The position numbers and the translations under genes are program-made. The notes under the pieces were generated by a model. That model was not told where the DNA came from, ran no database searches, and saw nothing but the letters and a program-made list of their open reading frames with translations. A stretch of DNA of 64,000 nucleotides from Chloroflexi bacterium B3_Chlor (lineage in GTDB: Bacteria; Chloroflexota; Anaerolineae; UBA7937; B3-Chlor), in the NCBI GenBank assembly GCA_005223035.1, contig NJBK01000011.1, forward strand, positions 2,339-66,338, written 5' to 3'. Numbering within the stretch: the stretch's first letter is position 1; each line of letters starts with the position of its first letter. Shown here in pieces: positions 19,493 to 30,393 of the stretch.

Positions 19493-19686
19493 GCGAGGTG
19501 GCTTCGTTTGGCCCGTGCCTGTTTGTGCCATGTCCAGGGGCTGGGAGACCGTAGAGGGTGGTGCCAAGCGCAAAGGGATGATGTCGTCCGAGGGCGCCCG
19601 CGGAGAACGTGGCCGGGATCATGAGACAAAGCTGTAGTGCTATTCTACCGGACCGGTAGCCACCAGTTGAGAAGGAGGTACAGGAC

Positions 19687-19905
19687 TTGAGACGATCCAG
19701 TAAAGGAGGGCCGATAACGGCCGCGCAATTGGGGCTCAGAGACCTGCCCAAAGGCTGGAGAGGTGCCCCATTGGATCAGGTTGTGGCCAGTGCCAAGAGA
19801 ATCGTCGAACAAAGCGAGGCAACGGGTGGTTCCGGGGATCCCCGCTTGAGGGCGGCTCTGAAGGTGCTGAAGTTTGAGGAGCGCTTGAAGGCACGAGAGA
19901 AGTAG
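19687..19905 (+). CDS. small hypothetical protein
   Basis: Strong AAGGAGGT RBS before TTG; helical, charged sequence. Confidence 0.5.
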   Translation: MRRSSKGGPITAAQLGLRDLPKGWRGAPLDQVVASAKRIVEQSEATGGSGDPRLRAALKVLKFEERLKAREK

Positions 19906-19983
19906 GACGGAACCAGGCCGATCCGCTCTACTTCGGGGACCGGGATACTGAGGCCGCGGCTGTTCACCCGGCGACGATTCCAT

Positions 19984-20910
19984 TCATTCCCCGATCGAGA
20001 TAAGGGTCAGCAGTCCCACGTGGTCTGATGCCCACTGCCAACCGTCTGTGCTGTGGAACGGCTGATCTAGCACTCGTTCGCAACTCGCCAGATCAGCGCG
20101 ATGCTGTTTCCCCGGAAAGAGGAAAACGTAGTCGATGCGCTCGTCTGGCGGGTCGGGGAAGGCTGAGGATAGGTCGTCGATGCAGCAAGTGAAACCTGGG
20201 TCCTCGGGGTGCATGGCTCGGTAGGTGTCCACCGCCTGGGTGCTGATGGCCTTGATTCCGGGTGAATCCTCCATAGCGTTGAAGTCACCTGCAACGATGG
20301 CTGGTTCCTCACCTCTCCTGGCCACGAAAGCCATCAGCGACTTTGCCTGACTGCGATTGATTAGCGGGTCGCCGGTGGTGAGGTGGGTGACGAAGACGAG
20401 CAGTTCTCCCCAAGGGGTGATCGCCGTCGCCGCCAGCACCACCCGGTGTTCGAAAAACCCGGCTCGGGGCTGCAGTTCTTCGAAGGTCACGTCGCGGAGC
20501 GGATACCGGCTGAGGATAGCCTCACCCTCTTCGAAGAGGATGGTCCAGCGGTTGCCGTTGGCCCGGAAGTAGACGTGATTCAAGCCTGTTCGCGCTGCGA
20601 GATACTGGGCAGCGCTGCCGATATGTGGAGCCCAAGGCACCTCCTGGAGGCAGACAATGTCAGCATCCTGGCGGTGAACCTCCTCCGCGATCAGGTCCAA
20701 CCGCTTGCGTAGGCGGTCGAAGCGGGGAAAGCCGTGGAGGATGTTCAGTGAGATCACCCTGAGGGAGCCGTCACGCCGCTCGCCCGCCACGGCGCACCCC
20801 TCGGGACAGCCCTCCACCCGGTCCCCCACGCGACTCGCATTGAGCGCCCAGACGGTCAGTGCCGCGGCAACCAGCACTGGCCATCCGTAGCGGCGCATTC
20901 TACGACCCAC
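19984..20910 (-). CDS. endonuclease/exonuclease/phosphatase family protein, secreted or membrane-anchored
   Basis: SLNIL, LQEV, THL, GDFN, RIDYV, SDH motifs; N-terminal hydrophobic segment. Confidence 0.9.
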   Translation of the reverse strand: MGRRMRRYGWPVLVAAALTVWALNASRVGDRVEGCPEGCAVAGERRDGSLRVISLNILHGFPRFDRLRKRLDLIAEEVHRQDADIVCLQEVPWAPHIGSAAQYLAARTGLNHVYFRANGNRWTILFEEGEAILSRYPLRDVTFEELQPRAGFFEHRVVLAATAITPWGELLVFVTHLTTGDPLINRSQAKSLMAFVARRGEEPAIVAGDFNAMEDSPGIKAISTQAVDTYRAMHPEDPGFTCCIDDLSSAFPDPPDERIDYVFLFPGKQHRADLASCERVLDQPFHSTDGWQWASDHVGLLTLISIGE

Positions 20911-20934
20911 ACGACACCCCCGTTTGCGGCTCCG

Positions 20935-22116
20935 TCACGGAGCGTGGTTGCAGAACTCGATGGCCGTGCGGGCCAGGATTCGGGCGCAGGCTACTACGCT
21001 ATTGGTCTCCACGTATTCGACCATGGCGTGCTTGCCTTCGCCACTAGGGCCCACGATCACAGTGGGAATGCCAGCTTCCTGCATCAGCGCCGCATCGGTC
21101 CACATCAGGCCGGTGGCACGGGCAGGTGCAGCGCCTAGTTCCACAGTACAGGCTGCCTCCAGCACTGCCAGCAATGGACCTTCGATGGCCTGCCATGGTG
21201 GCCGGGCCATGGTCACGCGCCAGTGGGCCTTGAACTCAGGATCCTCCGATGCCAGCTGTGACAGGATGTCGTTGAGTTCGGCTTCGACATCTTCTGGGGT
21301 TTCGGTGGGGATCATGCGACGCTCGAGGCGAAGCAGGCAACGGTCAGGATAGCTACTCCACTCGCGACCGCCCTCGATCAGGGAGGCGTGGAGGGAAGGA
21401 TGCAAGGTCTCCTTGGCCAGGGGGGAATAGAAGGCTCTGTCTCGACAGATCCGTTGCCGCAGCTTCTCCAGGTCCGTCAGGACGCGTCCCATCTGCGCAA
21501 TGGCGTCCACGCCCTGGTCGGGTAGGCTTCCATGAGCAGTCACGCCTTCGGTCTCGACTTCTGCCCAGGCGAAGCCCCCGTGGGCCACCCATACCGTGAG
21601 ACCTGACGGCTCGAGGATAACGCACCCGTCGGCCTGGAGGTCTCTCAGCAGGACCTGGGTGCCAAGACTGGCATACTCTTCATCTGCTGCGCCCACCACG
21701 ATCAGGTCTCCAGCCAGGGAGAGCGGCGCCTCGTGAATGGCCAGGAGAGCGGATAGACCAGCCGCCAATCCACCCTTGGTGTCCCACGCGCCTCGGCCCA
21801 AGAGCTTGCCATCTTCGATGCGGCCCGAGAACGGGTCTTCCATGCCTTCCACCGTGACGGTGTCCAGGTGGGCGTTGAGGACGAGAGTCCCACCATCTCC
21901 GCTGCCTGCCAGCCGGCCGATCACGTTCGGTCGCCCCGGAGCTACCTCTTGCAGTCTCGTCTCGATGCCCGCGTCCTCCAGCAGCGTGGCCACGAACGCG
22001 GCAATCTCTCCCTCTCCCTGGCTACCAGGCGAGAGTGTAGGGTTGACCGAGTCGATCTGAACCAGCTGGCACAAGAGATCGATGGTGCGTTGCGGATCTA
22101 TGGTTACTGCCACCAT
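20935..22116 (-). CDS. M20 ArgE/DapE-family deacylase
   Basis: NAHLDTV, GRGAWDTKG, DEE, AHGS, H near the C-terminus. Confidence 0.9.
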   Translation of the reverse strand: MVAVTIDPQRTIDLLCQLVQIDSVNPTLSPGSQGEGEIAAFVATLLEDAGIETRLQEVAPGRPNVIGRLAGSGDGGTLVLNAHLDTVTVEGMEDPFSGRIEDGKLLGRGAWDTKGGLAAGLSALLAIHEAPLSLAGDLIVVGAADEEYASLGTQVLLRDLQADGCVILEPSGLTVWVAHGGFAWAEVETEGVTAHGSLPDQGVDAIAQMGRVLTDLEKLRQRICRDRAFYSPLAKETLHPSLHASLIEGGREWSSYPDRCLLRLERRMIPTETPEDVEAELNDILSQLASEDPEFKAHWRVTMARPPWQAIEGPLLAVLEAACTVELGAAPARATGLMWTDAALMQEAGIPTVIVGPSGEGKHAMVEYVETNSVVACARILARTAIEFCNHAP

Positions 22117-22141
22117 GTCCCCCCCCCTCACCCAGTGACTC

Positions 22142-23536
22142 TCACTGCTTGTCGGCCACATTCAGCAGATCGCTGACTCTATGTATCTCTATCAGATTAC
22201 TCTCGTGCGGGATCTCCGTTCTGACTCCAGCCGTGAAAAGAACGTAGTCGTCGTCTTCGAGGAGTCTTCTTTCCACGAGGATCTCACACGCGTTCAGGAT
22301 AATGTCGTCGGCCTCGTGGTAGCGCGCATACACCGGTGTGACTCCGTAGACGAGTTCCAATTGTCTCTTCACCATTCTATCACTTGCTACAGCGATGATC
22401 GGTTGTTTGGGCCTGAACCTGGCGATCATCCTCGCGGTGTAGCCGGATCTGGTCAAGGTCACAATCTTGTCCAGGGGCATGGAGCGCGCTATCATCTCTA
22501 TGGACCTACTCACTGTTTCGGAGATGTTGTAGAAGCCGTTCACGGCTACCTGTCCCCTCAACACACGCTCGGCTTCCAGGGCGATCTTGGTCATCATCTC
22601 CACGGACTTCACGGGATACTTTCCGATAGCGGTCTCTTCGGAGAGCATGACGGCGTCACTACCATCGAGGATGGCATTGGCCACGTCGCTCGTCTCGGCT
22701 CTGGTCGGACTGGGCTTGTCTACCATAGATTCCAGCATCTGAGTGGCTATGATGACGACCTTGCCACGTTGATTGCATCTCCTGATTAGCTCCTTCTGAA
22801 TGAGGGGAACCTTGTGGTATTCGATCTCCACACCCAGGTCCCCTCTCGCGACCATGAGGGCATCTGCCTCTTCGAGTATCTCAGCCACATTCCGTACACC
22901 CTCTTCGTTCTCAATCTTGGCAATGATCGCCTGCTTGCCTGAACCCATCCTCTTCCTCAGGTTGGCGACATCATCTGCGTCTCTGCTGAACGACAGGGCG
23001 AGGAACTCTACATCCTTTTCCCTTGAATAGTCTACCGCCTTGAGGTCCTTTTGGGATAGCCGGGGGATGTTGAGTCGCTTGCCGGGGATGTTGACCCCCT
23101 TGTTCCGCTGGATTACACCCTCATCAAGCAGACGCAGGTACAACTTGCCGTCCTTCTTCCTTTCCACCTTAGCGTTTATGGCCCCGTCGTCAATGGCAAT
23201 TCTGTCTCCCACGCTGATCTCGTCATAGAAGTCATATGAGAAGGTGAGTTCCTCGTCGTCAAAGCCGGTCTTGATTACATCCCCGGCCTCCACCTGGCGG
23301 GGACTCTGGGTCCTGACTCTGACTTCAGGCCCCTTCAGATCCAGAATGACGGGTATCTCCCCCACGGCTCTGGTCATCTGGATAATCTGGTCATACTGGT
23401 CGAAATCGCCGTGGGCGGTGTTGATTCGCACGGCATCCATCCCGGCAACGTACATTCGCTCGATCGTTTCTGGGTTCATGCTGCCAGGACCGATGGTGCA
23501 GACTATCTTGGTTTTCTTCCGTCGTTTCCTGCTCAT
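22142..23536 (-). CDS. pyk: pyruvate kinase
   Basis: KTKIVCTIGP, DLKGPEVR, MVARGDLGVE, ATQMLESM, PTRAETSDVANA. Confidence 0.97.
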   Translation of the reverse strand: MSRKRRKKTKIVCTIGPGSMNPETIERMYVAGMDAVRINTAHGDFDQYDQIIQMTRAVGEIPVILDLKGPEVRVRTQSPRQVEAGDVIKTGFDDEELTFSYDFYDEISVGDRIAIDDGAINAKVERKKDGKLYLRLLDEGVIQRNKGVNIPGKRLNIPRLSQKDLKAVDYSREKDVEFLALSFSRDADDVANLRKRMGSGKQAIIAKIENEEGVRNVAEILEEADALMVARGDLGVEIEYHKVPLIQKELIRRCNQRGKVVIIATQMLESMVDKPSPTRAETSDVANAILDGSDAVMLSEETAIGKYPVKSVEMMTKIALEAERVLRGQVAVNGFYNISETVSRSIEMIARSMPLDKIVTLTRSGYTARMIARFRPKQPIIAVASDRMVKRQLELVYGVTPVYARYHEADDIILNACEILVERRLLEDDDYVLFTAGVRTEIPHESNLIEIHRVSDLLNVADKQ

Positions 23537-23833
23537 ACTGTCTATCCTCGCGGGGCTCTCCATCAGTTGAGCTGTTCCAGAGCGTGACACTGTTGCGCGA
23601 TCCAAGCAGGGCAGGATTCCAGCATCATGCGGATTGTACCACGGTGGAGCCCTATCTGGCAATGCCTTCTTGATGGTCTGGCCTGCCGACTTCGAGGGCG
23701 CGAGTTCGTCTGTGGAGCTAGGTGGCGAGCTACGGTTGACAGCACCTTCGCTTCGAGGTATACTGGCTGAGAGGTCTGGCGGCCGCATAGTATTGGGGTC
23801 GTTCGCTTCAGTCTGCTGTCAGGAGGTGCTAGT

Positions 23834-24934
23834 ATGGACGTCTTGCCGCGGCCTCTTTCGGAGGAGGTCTTCCGACAACTGGCCACAGCCGGAATCATCG
23901 TCATCCTTGTGGCTGTAGTTGCCAGGGTGGTGTTGGTCTTCGTTGACCGCATCGTGCCACGGTTGACAGGTAGGACCAAGACAGCGCTGGACGACTTGAT
24001 CATCAATGCCGTTCGTACTCCACTATTCGTATTCATTGTCCTCCTGGCGGTGCGTGGCGCTCTCACCCAGCTCACCTTTCTGGATGAGACCTGGCGACAG
24101 GTTTTGGAAGGGCTCGTCTTTGTTGGTTTCGTCTTGGTGGGCTATGTCTTCGTATATCGCTTGATCGGCAACCTCTTGTCCTGGTATGGGAGGAGCCTGG
24201 CTACAAAGACCGAGACCACCGTTGACGAGCAATTGGTGCCCTTCTTGCGGAGGGTCATCCAACTGGTGGTGGCGGCTATCGCCTTGATCATGATCATGGA
24301 TCATTTCGGTTTCGATATCAGCGCGCTGGTGGCGACGCTGGGGGTCAGTTCTCTGGCCTTCGCGTTGGCGGCACAGGCCTTCCTGGCTGACACCATCGCT
24401 GGCTTCCTGATCATGACCGATCGTCCCTTCAGCGTGGGCGATCGCATCCAGTTGCCCCAGGGGGTCATGGGAGAGTATGGGGACTGGGGGGATGTGGCGG
24501 AGATAGGAGTACGCAGTACCCGGATTCGCTCCACGGATGGCGTGCTACTGACCGTCCCCAACTCCAAGCTCACCAACGAGGTAGTGATCAACTTCAGCCA
24601 CAGTGAAAGCCCCAACCTGCGCGTCCGGCTGCGAGTGGCGGTAGCCCCGGACTCAGAGATCGTAGAGAGAGCTCTGGCCGAGATAGAGAGGATAGCTTTG
24701 CAGGACCCCGACATCGTCCATGAGCCGAGAGCACCAGAGGTGGTTGTCCGTGAGATCGAGGCCTACGATGTGCTGCTTGAACTCCGCTTCTACGTGGATG
24801 ATGCGCGCAAGATGAGGCGCACCAAATCGAGGGTGACGGAGGAGATCCTGCGCGCCTTTGAGGAGAAGGGGATCGAGATTGCCACTCCGATGCAAGTGGT
24901 TCACGTGGTGCAGGAGGAAAGCGCTGGGCGGTGA
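23834..24934 (+). CDS. MscS-family mechanosensitive channel
   Basis: TM helices, LGVSSLAFALAAQ, DRPFSVGDRI, IGVRSTRIRS, VPNS. Confidence 0.92.
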   Translation: MDVLPRPLSEEVFRQLATAGIIVILVAVVARVVLVFVDRIVPRLTGRTKTALDDLIINAVRTPLFVFIVLLAVRGALTQLTFLDETWRQVLEGLVFVGFVLVGYVFVYRLIGNLLSWYGRSLATKTETTVDEQLVPFLRRVIQLVVAAIALIMIMDHFGFDISALVATLGVSSLAFALAAQAFLADTIAGFLIMTDRPFSVGDRIQLPQGVMGEYGDWGDVAEIGVRSTRIRSTDGVLLTVPNSKLTNEVVINFSHSESPNLRVRLRVAVAPDSEIVERALAEIERIALQDPDIVHEPRAPEVVVREIEAYDVLLELRFYVDDARKMRRTKSRVTEEILRAFEEKGIEIATPMQVVHVVQEESAGR

Positions 24935-25003
24935 CCACGGCGTCTGCGGGCTACCCCCGTCCTGTGTAGCCCGGGCCCCTGTTAGATCCTCATTGAGGGT
25001 GGT

Positions 25004-25942
25004 ATGGATTTGCTCTGTGTTGGCGAGCTGCTGGTAGATAGAATCGCCATCGGTCCGGCGTATCGGCGTTTCTTCGGTGGTGCGCCGGCCAACGTCGCCG
25101 TCAATTACAGTCAGTTGGGAGGCAAGGCGGCCATCGTCGCGAAGGTGGGCGCCGATTCTTCTGGTCGCTTCCTGATCGATGAGCTGCGCTCTCACGGGGT
25201 CCTTTCTGACGGGGTGGTCGTGGATCCCCGGCATCGGACGAGCGAGGTTTACGTCGGCTCAGGGGAGATGCCCTGTTGCCCCACCCGCGATGCGGACTTC
25301 CACCTGCGGCCCAACGAGATCGACGTCGGCCTGGTGGGTGAATGTCGAATCCTTCACACCTCGGTTTTCTCCTTGTCCCGGGAGCCCGCCCGTTTCGCGG
25401 TTCTGGACGCCGTCAAGCTGGCGAAGGAGAAGGGAAAACTGGTTTCGCTGGAACTCAACTATCGCCCTGAAGTGTGGCCGGATCGCCAGGAGGCTCTTCA
25501 CATCGTAGAAGGACTGCTCCCCTCAGTGGATGCGGTCAAGCCTTCCCTAGAGGACGCTCGCTCCCTATACGGTGAGCTGGCGCCAGAGGAATACCTTCAC
25601 CGATTTGCCGGGTTGGGTCCGCCCTTGGTGGTACTGACCATGGGCGCCCAAGGATGCCTACTTCGCCACGAGGGCCGGGTAACCAAGGTGCCTGGTTATG
25701 CGGCCAAGGCGGTGGACACGATCGGTGCAGGAGATGCCTTTTGGGCAGGTTTTCTTTTGAGATGGTTGGGTGGCCGCACACCCGTTGAGGCAGCCGGGTT
25801 TGGCAACGCAGTGGCTGCCCTGAAGGTAGCGACGGTGGGCGCTATCGCCCCTCTGCCACCTGCAGACATGGTGGATGCCGAGTTACAGAGTCGCCTCCGA
25901 GAGAAGGAAGGTGTGCTGGATGGTGCGGATGCAGACGAGTGA
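25004..25942 (+). CDS. PfkB-family carbohydrate kinase (fructokinase-like)
   Basis: GGAPANVA, NYRPEVW, VDTIGAGDAF. Confidence 0.92.
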   Translation: MDLLCVGELLVDRIAIGPAYRRFFGGAPANVAVNYSQLGGKAAIVAKVGADSSGRFLIDELRSHGVLSDGVVVDPRHRTSEVYVGSGEMPCCPTRDADFHLRPNEIDVGLVGECRILHTSVFSLSREPARFAVLDAVKLAKEKGKLVSLELNYRPEVWPDRQEALHIVEGLLPSVDAVKPSLEDARSLYGELAPEEYLHRFAGLGPPLVVLTMGAQGCLLRHEGRVTKVPGYAAKAVDTIGAGDAFWAGFLLRWLGGRTPVEAAGFGNAVAALKVATVGAIAPLPPADMVDAELQSRLREKEGVLDGADADE

Positions 25943-27554
25943 GGCTGGGTTCTGCCATAGGTCCGATGAACAGCGCGGGGTTTTGGCACGCTGGTTCGAG
26001 TGGGTTGTCGGTGGATGCCAGGGGCGAGAACCGTCTCCGCCCTTGCGAGAGGCCGCGCGGCTGGAGAGACTGGAAGGGGAAGAAGCGGCGCTGCCCTCTC
26101 TCCGTACTCCCAGCGAGCCGGAAATCGCTGATATGCTCAGGGAGCACTACCCGTCTGGTCTGACTTTCGTGGTGGTCAGTTACCACACCAACCCCCTCTA
26201 CGCCATCAAGGAGCGGGTTCGGGCCGAGGAAGGCGTGGACATCGACCCCTTCGACCAGGGGGGACAGGGCACCTATCAGGAGAGGCTGGCCTTCGAGCTA
26301 GCTGAGACGTTCGGCCTCCGTGTGTTGACCTTCACCCTTGCTCGCACTTTTCTTCCCAAGGAGCAATACCTGAACATCCACCCTCAAGCTCCCGTTGTCC
26401 CCGTCCCCCATTCTGAACGCCACGTAGAAGATGAGAGCGGGCTGGTGAGGAAGGAGAACATCTACTTTGTCATTGATGAGTTGGTGGATAACACCGTTGA
26501 CTACCTGGCCAGAAACGCGGTTCAGGTAGACTTTTTCTCGGGGCACTATGCCACGGGCATGGCGGCCGCTCGCAGGTTGTCGCAGAGGTATGGCAAGACG
26601 GTGAGGCGGATGGTCCCCTATTCGACCACGACTCACTCTCTGGGTTGGGATCGATTCCTGGCTACCTATGAGGGCTATACTTGGGAGCAACTGAAGAGAT
26701 TCAATTTCGATCATAGGCTAAGAGAAGAGAGACGTGCCATGCAAGAGGCCGACCTGGTCATTAGTGTCGCCCCTAGCGAGATCGGGACGGTCACCCATCC
26801 TGGGCTGTACAATGTATCTAATGAGAAGGTGGTTTCCATCCCTGGCGGTGTGGACACACAGGTTTTCTGTCTCTACGACCCGGCTGAGCATAGAGACGCT
26901 GTGGCCGCACTGCGCCACCAACATGGGATCGCAGAGGATGATCGCTTGATTCTGGTCATTGGTCGGCTGTGGGATTATCGCAGAAAGGGCGTGGATATTG
27001 CGCTGCGGGCCTTCGCTCGAGCGCGGGAGGACATGGGGGAACGGACCGACTCGCTGCTGCTGGCGCTGGTGGGTGTCCCGCCCGTTGACGACCCCACTGG
27101 CAAGTGGAGCAGGCTACGAGAGGAAGTGGAGGAGCTGGTCCATGACAGCGGGGTGCAGGATAGCACTCTACTGATCGAGATGGTGCCGCACGAGGCTGTT
27201 CCCTCCTGGCTCCATCTGACAGCGCTTTCGAGGGGAGTGGTCCTGGCGCTACCCAGAGTGGAGCCTTGGGGGCTGATGAACCTGGAGGCGATGGCCACCG
27301 GGAACGTCGTGGTGACCATAGACCAGGGCGGGCCACCTAACTACATTCAGACTGGCCATAATGGCTTACTTGTGAACAGGGACGATGTCGAGCATACAGT
27401 TCAGATACTAACGGAGGTTCTCAGCAACGAAGAGCTAGCCGAGCGGATCGGACAGAATGCCCATTCTACTGTCTCAGCCGAGCACTCCTGGGGACGCGTG
27501 GCTCGGAGATTCCTGTGGGCTCATCTGCAGGCCATGAACCCAGCGGCGGTCTAG
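25920..27554 (+). CDS. GT4 glycosyltransferase, sucrose-phosphate/mannosylfructose-phosphate synthase-like
   Basis: GGQGTY, SGHY, THSLG, RLREE...ADLVI, EPWGLMNLEAMATG; start uncertain. Confidence 0.75.
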   Translation: MVRMQTSEAGFCHRSDEQRGVLARWFEWVVGGCQGREPSPPLREAARLERLEGEEAALPSLRTPSEPEIADMLREHYPSGLTFVVVSYHTNPLYAIKERVRAEEGVDIDPFDQGGQGTYQERLAFELAETFGLRVLTFTLARTFLPKEQYLNIHPQAPVVPVPHSERHVEDESGLVRKENIYFVIDELVDNTVDYLARNAVQVDFFSGHYATGMAAARRLSQRYGKTVRRMVPYSTTTHSLGWDRFLATYEGYTWEQLKRFNFDHRLREERRAMQEADLVISVAPSEIGTVTHPGLYNVSNEKVVSIPGGVDTQVFCLYDPAEHRDAVAALRHQHGIAEDDRLILVIGRLWDYRRKGVDIALRAFARAREDMGERTDSLLLALVGVPPVDDPTGKWSRLREEVEELVHDSGVQDSTLLIEMVPHEAVPSWLHLTALSRGVVLALPRVEPWGLMNLEAMATGNVVVTIDQGGPPNYIQTGHNGLLVNRDDVEHTVQILTEVLSNEELAERIGQNAHSTVSAEHSWGRVARRFLWAHLQAMNPAAV

Positions 27555-27678
27555 GGGCCGAGGCGGACCGAGAGGACGCACCCTGCGATACTCTGCGTCG
27601 CTGCGCTCCCCCGCTAGTCAGGATGCCATTCTGCGGCCCGCTGCCCCATTGCGAGTTCAGGCCTGAGGAAGTGGCACA

Positions 27679-28998
27679 TTGAAGATCGCTCTAGTGTCTC
27701 TGCAGTTCGAGGCTACCACCACCGGCGGGGGCGGTGTTCATGTCGAGAAACTGACCGAACAGCTTCTCCACAGTGGACATGAGGTCACCATCCTGTCTAT
27801 CCACACGGACCCAACGTTGGCTGGGGCCACCTTGGTGGAGGGACCTGTGCCCTACAGCAGGGAGGCCAGCGGTGGGTTGTCGGTGGTCAGGTTCTTCGTT
27901 GAGCCAGGGCTCAGCCAACCCTACGACGGGGCAAGGGAAGCAGAGTTGTCTCGCATCAAGAAGTTCTGTGACGCTGTCACTTCGTGGTTGGACGAGCGAG
28001 TTGGGGATTTCGAGATCGTACATCTGCATGGACATCATCTCATCCCGGGTTACCTCGCCCAACGACTCAGGGGGAAAGGGTTCAAGGTGGTGTCCACCAT
28101 CCACTTTCTGGAATCCACCCTGCTGACAGTTGACCCACAGGCGGTGGAGCACTTCCGCGTGACCGAGCAAACACTAACCCAGATAAGGCTCTGGGAGGCC
28201 ATGACTCGCCATGCGGACGTGATTGTGCCTGTGAGCCCGCAGGGCAAGGACGATCTGCTCAGCTTGATGGGGGAGTTCAAGGTGGAGCTGGAGGAGATAG
28301 GACCCAAGATGCATGTCATCTCCAGTGGAGTGGACAAAGAGGTCGTGTTGTCACCCAAGGGAGTGGAGGGGAAGCTGGCGCAGGTTCCTGATGTGGTCGA
28401 AATGGTGGTTTTCTGCCGGCTGGACCCGAGTAAGGGGGTGCACTACGCGATTCGTGCCGCTGCGGAAGCGGCTACAAACAGTGACCGACAGCTGACGCTG
28501 AGTGTGGCTGGCATCCCGGCGTCGGAGGCCTACCTGCGTGTCCTCGTTGAGGAGGTTCGCCAAGTACGCGACACTCTCTCTGCGGAGATCAAGACCTTCG
28601 ACAGGATCTTCACTCCGCTGGAGAGAAATGCACTTCTGGACAGATTTCATATCTATGTCCTCCCCACTTTGAATGAGCCTTTTGGTATGACGTTGATTGA
28701 GGCGGGAGCGAGGGGCAACCGCCTCATTGCCACCGATACGGCCGGGCCTCTGTACATCCTCGACGGTGAGCAGATGGAGGACAGAGGATGGGGGTACATC
28801 ACCCGTTGCGGGGTATGTGCCAAGAGGACTGAGGACCCAGAGGTCAACTTGGCGCCAAACGTGGCGAAGGCGATTGGCTGGACTCTCGACCATTGGAACG
28901 CGAGTGCAGACCAGGCCATTCGATTCCTGACCAAGATAGGGGATCGCTTCACCTGGGGGAAAGTAGCCGAGGATTACCTTGAGGTCTACCGAGGCTGA
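27679..28998 (+). CDS. GT4 glycosyltransferase
   Basis: GGGGVHV, HLHGH, STIH, RLDPSKG, EPFGMTLIEAG. Confidence 0.88.
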   Translation: MKIALVSLQFEATTTGGGGVHVEKLTEQLLHSGHEVTILSIHTDPTLAGATLVEGPVPYSREASGGLSVVRFFVEPGLSQPYDGAREAELSRIKKFCDAVTSWLDERVGDFEIVHLHGHHLIPGYLAQRLRGKGFKVVSTIHFLESTLLTVDPQAVEHFRVTEQTLTQIRLWEAMTRHADVIVPVSPQGKDDLLSLMGEFKVELEEIGPKMHVISSGVDKEVVLSPKGVEGKLAQVPDVVEMVVFCRLDPSKGVHYAIRAAAEAATNSDRQLTLSVAGIPASEAYLRVLVEEVRQVRDTLSAEIKTFDRIFTPLERNALLDRFHIYVLPTLNEPFGMTLIEAGARGNRLIATDTAGPLYILDGEQMEDRGWGYITRCGVCAKRTEDPEVNLAPNVAKAIGWTLDHWNASADQAIRFLTKIGDRFTWGKVAEDYLEVYRG

Positions 28999-29154
28999 CA
29001 AGCCATGAGGGCGGAGTTTTCCTAGGCTCGTGGAGGGGTCCGTTCGACTATCCGCTTCTGGCACTCTTCTTCAGTACCGTGCTGCGCTTCCAGGAACGCC
29101 CCTGACAGCAGAGGCGCCGCGGTGTCCATCCCTCTGGTCTTCGGACGATGGCGA

Positions 29155-30393
29155 TCATCGTTCGGGCAGCAGACGCGCCAGAGGTGAACCCAACAGCAAG
29201 ATTATCGCGCTGATGGTGAAGGCCACACGCAGTCCGAACAGATCTCCCAGGGCACCCATGACCACCGCCGCGCCTGACTCCGAGGTGAAGGTGAGAGCCA
29301 AGTAGAGTCCAGTGGCCAGCGCTCGGTTGTCGGGACAGTTCTCCTGCACCATGGCCATGAGGACTGTTCGGACTGAAGGCCCCATGATGCCCATAACCAG
29401 CAGGATGGGGAGTCGACTCCAACCGCTGACGGCCAGGAAGAGCAGCATCAGCACCGACGCAGAAAGCATGGAGATGAAGAGGACCACCCGGCGCCCCACC
29501 CGATCGCTCATTGATCCGCCCAGTAGCGCTCCTAACCATCCCGCGCCTGTCAGCACCGTAAGCGAGAAGCCCGCAAACCAGAGGGTGGAGCCTTCCTGGA
29601 TCAGGAAAGTGGGCAGGAAGGTGATCTGCGCTGACACCATCAACGCCCTCACCATGACTATGCCCACTAGCGGGGCCAGGAGCGGCCTGAGAGCTTGGAG
29701 CGCGTCGCGCCAGGAGCCCGCCTGACGGGCTGGCGGGGATAGCTGAGGGAGGTCTCTGAGTCGTACATACAGAATGGCGGAGGCGATCCAGCCCCCAATC
29801 ATCAGCCACGGCGTACCCTCCAGGGTGAAGAAGTTGACGGCGCTGACGACGAGAATGGGCCCCAAAGCAAAGCCGATGCTGCCCCCTACCATCCAGACGC
29901 CCATGCCTCTCCCCAGGCTGCGGCCTGACAGACGGCCGGCCATCGCTGGTGCCACGGCGTGCAGGGCGGCCGAACCGAGGCCCGCCACCAAGACAAGCAA
30001 CACCAGCACAGTGTAGCGAGGTGCCACACCCAGCAGGCTCATCATCGTGGCCGTCAGTGCCGGAGCCAGGATGACGAAGTAGCGCAGACTGACCCGGTCA
30101 GCCACGTGGCCGATGACAGGTTGAAGGAGCGAAGGGGCTGCCCGCAGGAAGTCCAGAAGTCCAGCCTGGGTCATGGATAGGGAGAGTTTGGCGATCAGGG
30201 ATGGCAAGAGGGGCGCCAGAAAGGAGCCGTAGGTGTCGTGCACCGCGTGAGCGAGGCTGAGAGTGAGCACGCGGCTCGCTTGGAAGCCTTCCGTGCTCCT
30301 CGGCTGAGGCTGTTCGACTGCAGCGGGATCACCTGCAACCGTGATCTCGCCCTCCGGGAGGTGTGTCGTGTGATCGCTGGCAGATGGCAGCAC
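29155..30393 (-). CDS. MFS transporter, Fsr-like (paralog 4)
   Basis: AHAVHDTY, LLQPVIGHVADR, GSMSDRVGRR. Confidence 0.9.
   Translation of the reverse strand: MLPSASDHTTHLPEGEITVAGDPAAVEQPQPRSTEGFQASRVLTLSLAHAVHDTYGSFLAPLLPSLIAKLSLSMTQAGLLDFLRAAPSLLQPVIGHVADRVSLRYFVILAPALTATMMSLLGVAPRYTVLVLLVLVAGLGSAALHAVAPAMAGRLSGRSLGRGMGVWMVGGSIGFALGPILVVSAVNFFTLEGTPWLMIGGWIASAILYVRLRDLPQLSPPARQAGSWRDALQALRPLLAPLVGIVMVRALMVSAQITFLPTFLIQEGSTLWFAGFSLTVLTGAGWLGALLGGSMSDRVGRRVVLFISMLSASVLMLLFLAVSGWSRLPILLVMGIMGPSVRTVLMAMVQENCPDNRALATGLYLALTFTSESGAAVVMGALGDLFGLRVAFTISAIILLLGSPLARLLPER

Noticed and set aside
23537-23788. N-terminal extension of pyk given by the ORF track
   Set aside because: Pyk homology begins at MSRKRRKKTKIVCT; the upstream part lies in the divergent promoter region
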